Assembly: GCA_963751275.1 (NCBI GenBank) | Contig: CAVVTZ010000007.1 | Location: 160,001 to 224,000 of the forward strand | Origin: an uncultured Gemmatimonadaceae bacterium | GTDB lineage: Bacteria; Gemmatimonadota; Gemmatimonadetes; Gemmatimonadales; Gemmatimonadaceae | Length of the DNA: 64,000 bases | Direction: 5' to 3' | In this document: piece after piece, positions 8,908 to 18,080 of the stretch | How the letters are laid out: each line of letters starts with the position of its first letter | Position numbering within the stretch: position 1 is the first letter of the stretch | Position numbers and translations under genes: made by a program | Notes under the pieces: model-generated | The model's database searches: none | What the model saw: the letters and a program-made list of their open reading frames with translations, nothing else | Told to the model about the DNA's origin: nothing

Positions 8908-9513
8908 TCAGAAGAGCAGCGGCGGTTCGGAATCGGCGAACGGATCCAAATCCATGTTCGCCTCCCACGCGGTGGACGCCAGCGACCCGGGCAACTGGAA
9001 GATGCCCTCGGCCGGCAGCACCCGGCGCACCGCGATCAGCCGCTGCCCGAACCAGGTGCGATGCGTGCCGGTGCCGGCGAGCTTGTCGATCCGGACCCGT
9101 CCGCTGGTGCTGGATGCGTGGATGATGCTGTCCCGCCCGACGTAGATCGCGATGTGCTGCGCGCCTTCCCCGCCATAGAAGAACAGCAGGTCGCCGGGCT
9201 GCAGATCGCCCGGTTCCGGGCGGCGGCCGAGTCCGCTCTGCTCGTGAGCGGTGCGCGGGACCTCGAACCCATGAATCAAGAACACGTAGCGCACGAAGCC
9301 GGAGCAGTCGAACGCCTTCGGCGTCGAGCCGCCGAGGACGTAGCGCACACCCAGATACTTCCGCGCGGTCTCGACGAAGGTCGCCCCATCGACCACGCCC
9401 CGGACCTGGACGCGCTTCGGCGCCGCGTCCGCCGTCTGGGCGGTCGCGTGAGGTGCGGCGATGACCAACACCGCCCCGGCCATCAAGGCCTGGTGCGCCA
9501 AGGAGCTTCGCAT
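8908..9513 (-). CDS. Secreted NlpC/P60 (C40) cell-wall peptidase
   Basis: Signal peptide. YLGVRYVLGG...FDCSGF...PGDLLFF...HIAIYVG...IIHA gives a Cys-His-His triad. Confidence 0.92.
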   Translation of the reverse strand: MRSSLAHQALMAGAVLVIAAPHATAQTADAAPKRVQVRGVVDGATFVETARKYLGVRYVLGGSTPKAFDCSGFVRYVFLIHGFEVPRTAHEQSGLGRRPEPGDLQPGDLLFFYGGEGAQHIAIYVGRDSIIHASSTSGRVRIDKLAGTGTHRTWFGQRLIAVRRVLPAEGIFQLPGSLASTAWEANMDLDPFADSEPPLLF

Positions 9514-9551
9514 ACAGAATATTGACGACTCAGCCGATGGATGGTTAGACC

Positions 9552-9560
9552 TTATCCACA
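9552..9560 (+). promoter_or_regulatory. Consensus DnaA box TTATCCACA
   Basis: Exact 9-mer in the AT-rich region upstream of the NlpC/P60 gene. Confidence 0.5.
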
Positions 9561-9615
9561 CTTGTTATACGGCTCATCTTCGGGAAGTTCCGCGCGGCCA
9601 GCGGCGGCGGGATGC

Positions 9616-9650
9616 AGAACGGGCCCCGGCAGATCGCCGGGGCCCGTTCT
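9616..9650. terminator. Intrinsic terminator downstream of the cold-shock gene
   Basis: 15-bp perfect stem AGAACGGGCCCCGGC/GCCGGGGCCCGTTCT with a 5-nt loop. Confidence 0.8.
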
Positions 9651-9669
9651 TTCTTTCTTGTCGATCGGC

Positions 9670-9876
9670 TTAGACCTTCTGAACGTCAGCGGCCTGCGGA
9701 CCCTTCTGGCCCTGAACGATCTCGAATTCGACCTTGTCGCCCTCGGCGAGCGACTTGAAGCCGCTGCCAGTGATCGCGCTGAAATGCACGAACACATCGG
9801 GGCCGCCCTCATGCGAGATGAAGCCGAAGCCCTTCGCGTCGTTGAACCACTTCACGGTGCCGGTGATGCGAGACAT
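9670..9876 (-). CDS. cspA: Cold-shock protein
   Basis: [15 protein letters not shown] (RNP1), DVFVHFSAI (RNP2). Strong RBS. Confidence 0.97.
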   Translation of the reverse strand: MSRITGTVKWFNDAKGFGFISHEGGPDVFVHFSAITGSGFKSLAEGDKVEFEIVQGQKGPQAADVQKV

Positions 9877-10066
9877 GGTACTTTCCTTTCTAATTGGTGA
9901 TAGCTGGCATTGATGCCTGACCCCAGTTCCGGACCGACGGAGCGATATCTCCGGCGCGACGCGGCGGTGTCCACGAACGTCTTTCTAATCTAATCTAGCG
10001 CACGCCCAATGTGTATTGGCCTGACAATTGCTTGCCGGGAGAGAGTTCCTCCCGGCCGCTGGAGCG

Positions 10067-10276
10067 CTAGGCCGCGCCGGCGATATACCGGGCGACGCGA
10101 CCGCACTGCGCGCATTGCAGCGTGACGTGGCTGCGCGGCGGCGGCGGCTTCTTGGACGGGTCGCGGGTGATCGCACCGGAGCATGACGGGCAACTCAACG
10201 GCGCACCGGTACGGTCGCTCGCGATGAGCTGCAGCGCCTGGGCCGGATTGTAGGTCGCGGGGCGGGGTTTGCGCAT
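10067..10276 (-). CDS. Small zinc-ribbon protein (69 aa)
   Basis: CPSC...CAQC. GGAGG RBS before MRKP. Confidence 0.7.
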   Translation of the reverse strand: MRKPRPATYNPAQALQLIASDRTGAPLSCPSCSGAITRDPSKKPPPPRSHVTLQCAQCGRVARYIAGAA

Positions 10277-10487
10277 CTTGTCCTCCAAGTCTCTCTCCGG
10301 CGACTCCCTACTGGTCGGGAGGCCGATCCTGGCAACGGGATGAACGGACGTTCAGTCTCTTGCCGGAATGAAAGATAACCCATCAAGGGCCCGAAATGTT
10401 GTGCGGGCCGAAATCCGGCGTAAGTCGCCCTGGGTGTTCGTGATACCGCGCCGCGCGTGATTCGTTCCTCCGCGGGCCGTTGCGCGG

Positions 10488-11501
10488 TCAGTCCCAGCGG
10501 TGCGGGGGACGCCAGAGGCTCCGGCGATCCACGCGCCAGAGTTTGCTGCGGTCGCCGAACTGCTCGCCGTCGCGGAAGGCGCCGTCATCCGCGGCGCCGT
10601 CGGCCATGTCGGCGGATTTCGCCGACGCATCATCGGCGCGGTGCACGATCTCCGCCTCGAGCGTGAGCGGCCGCACGGGACTGCCATTCTCGAGCTGGCC
10701 GTGGTGCGAGAGGATGATGTGCTGCAGCTCGAGCCGTTGGTCCTCGGTGAGCAGCGGCTCGCCGCCCGCCGCGGTCTCCGCGAGCCGCTCGTCGAGCATC
10801 ATCGAGCCGAGGATGACGTGCTCGATGAGGTGTCCCTCGGTCGTGCGGGTGAAGCCTTCCCAGCCGATCCCGTACGCGCGGAGCTTGCCGATGTCGTGCA
10901 GCAACACGCCGGCGAGCACGACGTCCTCGCGCGCGCGCATCGCCTTCGCCATCCCGCGCGCGATGTACGCGACCTCCCACACATGCAGGAGCAGGCCGCC
11001 GACCTTGCTGTGGTGCCCGCCCACCGATGCCGGTGCGCGCTCGAAGCGCAGACGGAAATCATCTTCATCGTAGAAGAGGCCGAGCACCTTCTTCAGCCGC
11101 GCCGACGTCATGCCGCGCCGCATCTCGTCGATCTTGTCCCAGAGCTTCTGCGGGTCCTCGGCGATGTGCGGCAGGAATTGCGAGAGATCGAGCTCCTCGC
11201 GCGGGAGGATGCGCACGGGCGCGGTGAGCTTGAGCTGCCGCTTCGCGGCGCCGCGCGCTTCGTAGCGGTCCACCTGGCCGATCGCCTGCACGGCGGCGCC
11301 GCGCACGGCGCCGTCGGCCCACCCATCGTCGAGGAGGTTCTTCCAGATCGGTGCGGTGTCGATGTCGCCGGTCGAGTTGCCGAGCGTGAGGATGACGAAG
11401 GGGTCGCCGCCGGCGGTGGTCTTCTCCGCGCGCTCCACCACGCGCAGCGTATGCTGGATCCGGGCGCCGACGTCCAGCGCGCGCAGGTCGATGGCGGTCA
11501 T
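10488..11501 (-). CDS. YhaM/Cbf1-like OB-fold + HD domain 3'-5' exoribonuclease
   Basis: N-terminal OB-like region; HH...GGLLLH, LLHDIGK, ILSHHG, EAEIVHRADD. Confidence 0.85.
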   Translation of the reverse strand: MTAIDLRALDVGARIQHTLRVVERAEKTTAGGDPFVILTLGNSTGDIDTAPIWKNLLDDGWADGAVRGAAVQAIGQVDRYEARGAAKRQLKLTAPVRILPREELDLSQFLPHIAEDPQKLWDKIDEMRRGMTSARLKKVLGLFYDEDDFRLRFERAPASVGGHHSKVGGLLLHVWEVAYIARGMAKAMRAREDVVLAGVLLHDIGKLRAYGIGWEGFTRTTEGHLIEHVILGSMMLDERLAETAAGGEPLLTEDQRLELQHIILSHHGQLENGSPVRPLTLEAEIVHRADDASAKSADMADGAADDGAFRDGEQFGDRSKLWRVDRRSLWRPPHRWD

Positions 11502-11505
11502 CAGG

Positions 11506-11727
11506 TCAGCCCAGCGCGACGATCTCGCCCTCATCGTCGATCCCCATCTCGCACTCGAGGCCGCAGATCCCGCAGATCTTCAGCGCGTGCCACGCTTCCC
11601 CGGTCGCCTTCTTCTGCGCCGGCGTCGCGGGCTTCACGATGAGCTTCTTGTAGCTGTACTCACCGCAATTCTCGCAGGCATGGCCCTTGGCCACGCGCTC
11701 GGCGCGCGCGAAGGAGATCTTGGCCAA
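11506..11727 (-). CDS. Small zinc-ribbon protein (73 aa)
   Basis: CENC...CGIC. TTG start 2 nt after the SPFH stop. Confidence 0.7.
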   Translation of the reverse strand: MAKISFARAERVAKGHACENCGEYSYKKLIVKPATPAQKKATGEAWHALKICGICGLECEMGIDDEGEIVALG

Positions 11728-11729
11728 GG

Positions 11730-12781
11730 TCAGCCCTTCGCGGGCGGCGCGGGCGGGATCTGTTTCACGAGGTCGTCCACGGCGCCCTTGTCGGCCGACC
11801 GCGCGAGCAGCTCCTTGATGCCGCCGATCGCCGCCATCACGCCGGACGCCTCCACCGGAAGGAAGACGGTGGTGCCCTTGCCCTGCGCGAGCAGCGGCAG
11901 CGCCTCGAGGTACTTCACGCCGAGCAGGTACATCGCGGCATCGGCGGGCGGCAGCGACGCCGTGAGCGATCTTGCGGATCGCCTCGGCCTCCGCCGTGGC
12001 GAGCGCGAGGCGGGCTTCGGCCAGTCCCTGGGCGCGGAGCATCGGCGGCTTCCATCTCGCCCTGCGCCGGCTCGATCTGCGACTCGCTGCACGCCTTCCG
12101 CTTCGAGGATCGCGGCGCGCTTGCTCGCCTCGGCGTTCGTGACCGCGGCGCGGCGCTCGCGCTCGGCGCGCATCTGCAGTTCCATCGACTGCTGGATATC
12201 GCGCGGCGGCTCGATCGCTCTGCAGTTCGACGCGCGTGACGTCGACGCCCCAGCCGAGCGAGGCTTCCTCGATCGATCTCGCGCATCCGCTTGTTGATCT
12301 GGTCGCGGCTCACGAGGCGTGGAGTCGAGCTCCATCTCGCCGACGATGTTGCGCAGCGTGGTGCGGGTGAGCGTCTCGAGGGCGAACGGGAGGTTCTGCA
12401 CGGCGTACGTCGCCTTCTGCGGATCGGCGACGCGGTAGTAGAGCACGGCGTCGATGTCGATGGTCACGTTGTCCTTCGTGATGACCGGCTGGCTGGGGAA
12501 GTTGAGCACCTGCTCGCGCAGGTCGATGCGCACGGTGGATGCCGCCATGATGCGCTTGATGCCGCTGACATCGCTCTCGAGTAGCGCACGTCGATCGAGC
12601 GCGGGCGCTCGATGAACGGGATCAGGATGTTCAGGCCCGAGCGCGCGATGCGGTTGAAGCGGCCGAGCCGCTCGATGACCATCACCTCCGCCTGCCCGAT
12701 GACCTTGAACGCGCCCTGGAAGACGAACAGGACGAAGAGCGCGATGGCACCGAGCCCGATCAACCCAATGATACTGCCCAT
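11730..12781 (-). CDS. SPFH/band-7 (QmcA/paraslipin-like) membrane protein, several frameshifts
   Basis: Segments in three frames: VIERLGRF, IDLREQV...VITKDNV, SRDQIN, QMRAERERRA. Probably assembly indels. Confidence 0.85.
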
Positions 12782-12791
12782 CGGTGCCTCC

Positions 12792-13860
12792 TTAGTTCTT
12801 CCAGTCGGCGAGGAAGAGGTTCGTCTCGTGCGGCCGGGAGCCGTTGCGGTGCGAGACCCAGACGAGCTGCGTGCCGTCCGGGCTGAACTGCGGGAACCCA
12901 TCGAAGCCCGGGTCGAACGTGACCTGTTCGAGCCCGCTGCCATCGACGTTCACAAGATACAGCTCGAAGTCGGAGCTGTGCGGGTTCTTGTAGTTGGACG
13001 AGAAGATGATCTTCTTGCCGTCCGGCGTGAAGAACGGGGCGAAGTTCGCGCCGCCGAGGTTCGTGATCTGGTGCTGGTCGCTGCCATCGGCGTTCATCAC
13101 CCAGAGTCTCCATGTGCGTCGGGCGCACGATGCGCTGGGCGAGGAGATCCTGGTAGTCCTTCAGCGCCGAGTCGGTCGGGTGGTACGCGCGATAGACGAT
13201 CTGCTTGCCGTCGGGGGAGAAGAACGCGCCGCCGTCGTAGCCCGGCGTGTGGGTGAGGCGCTTCACGTTCGAGCCATCGACGTTCATGGTGTAGATCTCG
13301 AGATCGCCGTCCTTGAGCGACGTGAAAACGATCGAGGAGCCGTCGGGCGAGAGCGTGCCCTCGGCGGTGTAGATGTGATTCTTCGTGAGCGCCTTCAGAC
13401 CCGAGCCATCGGCGTTGGCGGTGTAGATGTCGAAGGGGTCGAGCCCCCACACGTAGCCCTTGCTCGGATCGGGCTTCGGCGGGCACGCCGTGTCCACCGC
13501 GAACGTGGAGGCGTAGAAGATCCGCTTGTCGTTCGCGAAGAAATAGCCGCAGGTGGTCTTCCCCTGGCCGTTCGAGATCCGTTTCACGTGCGTGCCGTCC
13601 ACGTTCATCGTGTACTGCTGGTCGCAGGTGCGGCCATCGCGCGTGGACTGGAAGGTGAGCTGCTTGCCGCCCGCGCTGAAGTACGCCTCGGCGTTGTCGC
13701 CGCCATGCGTGATCTGCCGGATGTTGGCGAGATGCTTCTCCTCGCCGGGGTTGGGCATGACCGGCGTGGCGCGCATCGGATCCGGCGCGATCTGCGCGCC
13801 GGCGACACGGACGATGCAGGCGATCAGGACCGCGGCGGTGCGAGCGTGGCTGGAGGTCAT
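12792..13860 (-). CDS. Secreted TolB-like PD40/WD40 beta-propeller protein, +1 frameshift near 13106
   Basis: Signal peptide and repeated FSPDG motifs. Continues in ORF 12792..13100. Confidence 0.85.
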
Positions 13861-13870
13861 CAGAAGGATG

Positions 13871-15457
13871 CTAGTGTTTTTCGGCGGGGGCCGCCGGGGC
13901 CAGGGAGAAGAGCTCCTGCTGCGTCTTGGCGCGCTGCAGCAGGTCGATCGCGCGCACGAGCTGCGCGTCGCCGGGGATGCTACGGCGGAACGCGCCCGAG
14001 TCGCCGAACGCGACGCGCGCCACCTGGGCGCCGATCACGCGGTCGATGTAGGACGAGACGCCGTCGAACTGCTGCCGGGTGACCTTGATGCTGTCCTGCA
14101 CGAGGCGCTTGAAGAGCTGGTCGCGCCACGCCGCCGGCACGGTGAAACCCGGCGACACCGACGCCTTCTGCTCGAGCGCGATGTCGTACAGCGCCGCCCG
14201 AACCAGCGGGAACTTCGGCGCGATGAGCTTGTTGAAATCCTGCTCGGCCGTCGTGAGCGTGTCGGCGGGCACGATGACGTCGGGGGTGATCCCGCCGCCG
14301 CCGTAGAGCGTGCGGCCGGACGCGCTCTTCACCTTGGGGCGCGCCGCGAGCGACGTGTCCTTCTTCGCCGTGTCCGACGGGAGGACATCCTCATCGCCCG
14401 GCAGATGCCGCGTGCGGTCCTGCTGGATGCTGCGCGCGCTCGGCGTGTACCACTTGCCGGTGGTGAGCTTGAGCGCCCACCCGTCGTCGAGGTTGAACAC
14501 CGACTGCACGAGTCCCTTCCCGAAGGTGCGTGTGCCCACGAGGAGCGCGCGGTCGTCGTCCTGCAGCGCGCCGGCCACGATCTCGCTCGCCGACGCGGAG
14601 AAGCCATCCACGAGGACGACGAGCGGCACGCTGGTGAGATGCTCGCTGCCCTTCGATGTGAAGGTCTCGCCGGGCGGCTGGCGCGTGCGGACGCTCGCGA
14701 TGGGCTTGCCGCTCTCGAGGAACAGCGACGCGACGGAGAGGGCCTGGGTGAGCAGCCCGCCGGGGTCGCTCCGCAGGTCCACGATGATCCGCTTGGCGCC
14801 GGCCTGCGCGAGGCGGTCCACCGCGGCCTGCAATTCGTCGGACGCGGTCTCGTTGAACGTCTGCAGCGGGACGTAGCCGATGTCGTGCGACAGCATCACG
14901 GCGTATGGTACGGCGGGGATGTGGATCTCCGCGCGCGTGAAGGCGTGCTCGATCGGCGCCGCCATTCCCGGACGCGCGAACCGCACGGTCACCTTCGTGC
15001 CGACCTTGCCGATCATCACATCCGACACCTGCTGCGACGTCCAGCCTCTCGTGGTCGCGCTGTCGATGCCGATGATCCGGTCGCCCTCGACGATGCCGGC
15101 CGCCTCGGCCGGCGTGTTCGGGAAGACGCGCACGACGACGACGTTCCCCTCCTGCTGCTCGATCTGCATGCCGACGCCGCCGTATTTCCCGGTGGACTGC
15201 TGCTTGAAGCGCGCCTGCTGCTTGGGCGAGAAGAGCTCCGAGTAGGGATCGCGCAGCTGCGTGACGAGGCCGCGCGCGGCCTTCTCATAGAGCGCATCGG
15301 GAGGCAGGGTATCGACGAAGCGGTCCTGCACGAGGCCGAGGACCTGATCGAACATCTGCGCGCCATCGTGACCGCGGCGTCCGGCGAGGAGGAATCCGCC
15401 GAACGCCAGGGGAAGCGCGAGCGCGCCCACGAGGGCGACGGTACGGAGTCGAGGCAT
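13871..15457 (-). CDS. S41 C-terminal processing peptidase (CtpA/Prc family)
   Basis: PDZ domain (GVGMQI), DLRSDPGG, SASASE, TFGKG. Confidence 0.95.
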   Translation of the reverse strand: MPRLRTVALVGALALPLAFGGFLLAGRRGHDGAQMFDQVLGLVQDRFVDTLPPDALYEKAARGLVTQLRDPYSELFSPKQQARFKQQSTGKYGGVGMQIEQQEGNVVVVRVFPNTPAEAAGIVEGDRIIGIDSATTRGWTSQQVSDVMIGKVGTKVTVRFARPGMAAPIEHAFTRAEIHIPAVPYAVMLSHDIGYVPLQTFNETASDELQAAVDRLAQAGAKRIIVDLRSDPGGLLTQALSVASLFLESGKPIASVRTRQPPGETFTSKGSEHLTSVPLVVLVDGFSASASEIVAGALQDDDRALLVGTRTFGKGLVQSVFNLDDGWALKLTTGKWYTPSARSIQQDRTRHLPGDEDVLPSDTAKKDTSLAARPKVKSASGRTLYGGGGITPDVIVPADTLTTAEQDFNKLIAPKFPLVRAALYDIALEQKASVSPGFTVPAAWRDQLFKRLVQDSIKVTRQQFDGVSSYIDRVIGAQVARVAFGDSGAFRRSIPGDAQLVRAIDLLQRAKTQQELFSLAPAAPAEKH

Positions 15458-15568
15458 GGAGGGGCTTGGGTCAGGGACCGGCGCGGCCGTGCTCGGCCGC
15501 GCTCCACCAACGAATACGGCGCGGCGGACGCGAAGTTCCGGCCGCCGCGCCGTATCCCGTGCGGCCGA

Positions 15569-15739
15569 TCAGGACGGGTTCTCGGCGCCCGATGCGAGGA
15601 TCTGTTTCCACGTCATTTCCGGACCGTTCCGGAATCCCTTCTTGGTCATCTTCACGCCGGTCGGCATGATGCTGATCATGTACGCCTGACCGTCGATCTC
15701 GAGTTCACGCTTGATCGTCTTGTCGAGCTTCGTCGCCAT
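15569..15739 (-). CDS. Small basic hypothetical protein (56 aa)
   Basis: MATKLDKTIKRELEIDG...WKQIL. GGAG RBS and typical codon usage. Confidence 0.75.
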   Translation of the reverse strand: MATKLDKTIKRELEIDGQAYMISIMPTGVKMTKKGFRNGPEMTWKQILASGAENPS

Positions 15740-15788
15740 AGGAGAGACTCCGGTAAGTGGGGGAGAGGGAGACTGTGATGCCGGCCGA

Positions 15789-16640
15789 TCAGGCCATGCG
15801 GCTGGCAAGAACGTAATCGACGTACCATTCGCGCTGGTGCTGCCTCACGATCGCGTCACGCAACAGGCCGCCCGCCAGGAGCATCTCGTGCGCCGGCTGC
15901 AAGACGCGCTGCAGGTGCGACGGATAGCGCTGGGCGAGCGGGATCTGCTCCGCCAGCTGTGCCAGTCCGACGCGCCATGTGACGCTCCCATCCGCGCGGG
16001 CGACCTCGAGCAGGCGATAGAGCCGCCGCGCGACCGGAGAGGAGAGCGCAAGATACTGCGGGGCCGACAGGGCGGCAGTGCGGCCCGCCGCGATGTTCGC
16101 CCGCATGAGGGGCGAGAGGGTGACGTGAGCCTCGCCCGGCTCGGACGCGGTCAGCGTATCGAACAGCGCGAGCTGGTCCCGTTCGGCGACGCGGCGCCGC
16201 TCGATGAAGACGGCCGTGAGCACACTGAACCGCGCGTCGATGCAGCCTTGCGACGCCGCCTCGAAGTACGCGCCCTGCGATTCGAGGGTCGTGTGCTGGA
16301 GCCGTGTCAGCGCGGAGCGCAGTTGCTCGTACGTCCGGCCATCGACGCGCCGACCGATCGACCGGAGGAAAGCGTGCAGGGTGAACGAGACGATCCCATC
16401 GGATGGAGCGCCGGCGTCCTGAAAGCGGTGCCAGAGCTCGATGAACACATCCTGGTCGAACGTGCCGGGGAGCCGGTCGCCGGGGCTGGGGAGGACGCGC
16501 CAGCGCGCGCCGCCGGGCAGCGCGAAGTCGATCGCCGAGTCGTCGGCGGAGTCGCTGAGCCGGAAGAGGGGTAGCGCCTCCAGCGAACGATCGAGGATGA
16601 TCGTTCGCGCGGTCGTCCGGCGGCGTACCGCGAGGGTCAT
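15789..16640 (-). CDS. Plasmid-type replication initiator protein A (RepA/RPA-like winged helix)
   Basis: LPGTFDQDV, FTLHAFLRSIG...GRTYEQLRSALTRL, YLALSSPVARRLYRLL, LAQLAEQIPL. Recognised by motif pattern only. Confidence 0.75.
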   Translation of the reverse strand: MTLAVRRRTTARTIILDRSLEALPLFRLSDSADDSAIDFALPGGARWRVLPSPGDRLPGTFDQDVFIELWHRFQDAGAPSDGIVSFTLHAFLRSIGRRVDGRTYEQLRSALTRLQHTTLESQGAYFEAASQGCIDARFSVLTAVFIERRRVAERDQLALFDTLTASEPGEAHVTLSPLMRANIAAGRTAALSAPQYLALSSPVARRLYRLLEVARADGSVTWRVGLAQLAEQIPLAQRYPSHLQRVLQPAHEMLLAGGLLRDAIVRQHQREWYVDYVLASRMA

Positions 16641-16692
16641 TCAGGTAAGTTGGCGGCCCAAGCGGGCTTACGCAAGCGTTGGCGGGGCGGGA

Positions 16693-17403
16693 TCACCCGA
16701 GGCGGACGACCTGGCCGGTGATGGCGGAGGCCTCGCCGGAGGCCAGATAGCAGACCGTGGCGGCGGCTTCTTCGCGCTCCACGTAGTTGGTCTTGTCGCC
16801 CATGGACTGGACATTCGCGGCGGTGCGGATCTGCGTGGGAGCGACCGCGTTGGCGCGGACGTGGTTCGCACGCTCATCGGCGGCGACCGAGCGCATGAGC
16901 GCGATCACCCCGGACTTGGCCGCGACGTATGCCGCCATGCCGCCGGTGGCCGCGCCCGGCAGCGCGGCGGCCGCCGCGAAATAGACGATGGCGCCGCCCG
17001 CTGCGCGCAGCGCGGGCAGGAACGCCCGCGTCGTGAGATACGCCGTCGTGAGATTGATCGTGAGCTGCTTCTGCCACGCCGTGGGATCGCTCTCGGCGAC
17101 CGGCCCGGTCATCGCGAATCCGCCGGCGAGGCAGACGAGCACATTGAGCTTTCCCCCGCTGGCCGCGCCCGCCTCCGCGGCGAGGAAGGTCAGCTGCGCC
17201 GCGTCGGACAAGTCACAGGCGAAGGCGCGCGCGTCCGCGCCCGATGCGCGAAGATCGGCGGCGCGCGCATTCGCTTCATCGATCATCATGTCCACGAGCA
17301 CGAGCCGCGCGCCCTCCGCCGCGAACGCGCGCGCGACGGCCTCACCGACCTGGCCGCTGCGGCCGACGCCGGTGATGAGGACGGTCTTGCCGGTGAAACG
17401 CAC
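16693..17403 (-). CDS. SDR-family oxidoreductase
   Basis: ITGVGRSGQVG Rossmann motif, YVAAK catalytic motif, RANAVAP, ITGQVV. Confidence 0.92.
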   Translation of the reverse strand: MRFTGKTVLITGVGRSGQVGEAVARAFAAEGARLVLVDMMIDEANARAADLRASGADARAFACDLSDAAQLTFLAAEAGAASGGKLNVLVCLAGGFAMTGPVAESDPTAWQKQLTINLTTAYLTTRAFLPALRAAGGAIVYFAAAAALPGAATGGMAAYVAAKSGVIALMRSVAADERANHVRANAVAPTQIRTAANVQSMGDKTNYVEREEAAATVCYLASGEASAITGQVVRLG

Positions 17404-17411
17404 GGCCGCGC

Positions 17412-17966
17412 TCAGCGGATGTCGGCCCGCGAGAGCGCGGCGCGCACCGCTTCGCGGATCGCGACGATCGCTTCGCGCCGCGCCGCGGGGGAGTCCTCGC
17501 GCACGTGGAGCTCGATGCCGTTGGCGACGGGCACCCGGTGCCAGACGGCTTCCGTGTCGGGCGCGGGCGTCTGGGCGCTCTCCGGACTGGCCGAGAGCGC
17601 GGGCGCCAGCGCCGTCGCCGCGCGGCGTTCCAGTGCGTCGCCGCTCTGGCCGGTGAGCTCCGCCTTGATCTTCTCCAGCGTCTGTCCTTCGCGCTGGCGG
17701 ATCTTGATGAAGAGCAGCTGGAGCAGGTGCCGGTAGCCGTAGGTGGCGGCGGTGCCCGTGCCGTCGGGCCGGTCGAGCAGGCCGCTCGCGACGTAGAAGC
17801 GGACCGCGCGGGCACTCGGCTCCGCGCGGGCCACCGCGTTGGTCGGCCGAAGCGCGGAGGCTTCGACGAGCGCGGTGGCGTGGGCGGCGAGCCCGCGGGC
17901 ATTCCACGGGGCGTGGCGCGCGTGGGCGCGCAGAAGGGGAACGGGTGAAGACGGCGACTCGGCCAT
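17412..17966 (-). CDS. MerR-like HTH DNA-binding protein with small C-terminal domain
   Basis: SARAVRFYVASGLLDRP...YGYRHLLQL. C-terminal WHRVPVANGIELHV. Confidence 0.85.
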   Translation of the reverse strand: MAESPSSPVPLLRAHARHAPWNARGLAAHATALVEASALRPTNAVARAEPSARAVRFYVASGLLDRPDGTGTAATYGYRHLLQLLFIKIRQREGQTLEKIKAELTGQSGDALERRAATALAPALSASPESAQTPAPDTEAVWHRVPVANGIELHVREDSPAARREAIVAIREAVRAALSRADIR

Positions 17967-18027
17967 GCGGAACGATAACAGTCCACGTCCGGCACGGCGA
18001 GCGCCGCCGTGACCGGATGATGACGAA

Positions 18028-18057
18028 AGGCGGAGACCGCACTCGCGGTCCCCGCCT
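18028..18057 (-). terminator. Intrinsic terminator after the H1-like gene
   Basis: GC stem AGGCGGGGACCGC/GCGGTCTCCGCCT followed by TT on the minus strand. Confidence 0.65.
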
Positions 18058-18080
18058 CAGCCGTCAGGAAGAAGCGGCGT

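Noticed and set aside
9540..9580. Possible oriC
   Set aside because: Only one DnaA box, no unwinding element, and no dnaA/dnaN/gidA context.
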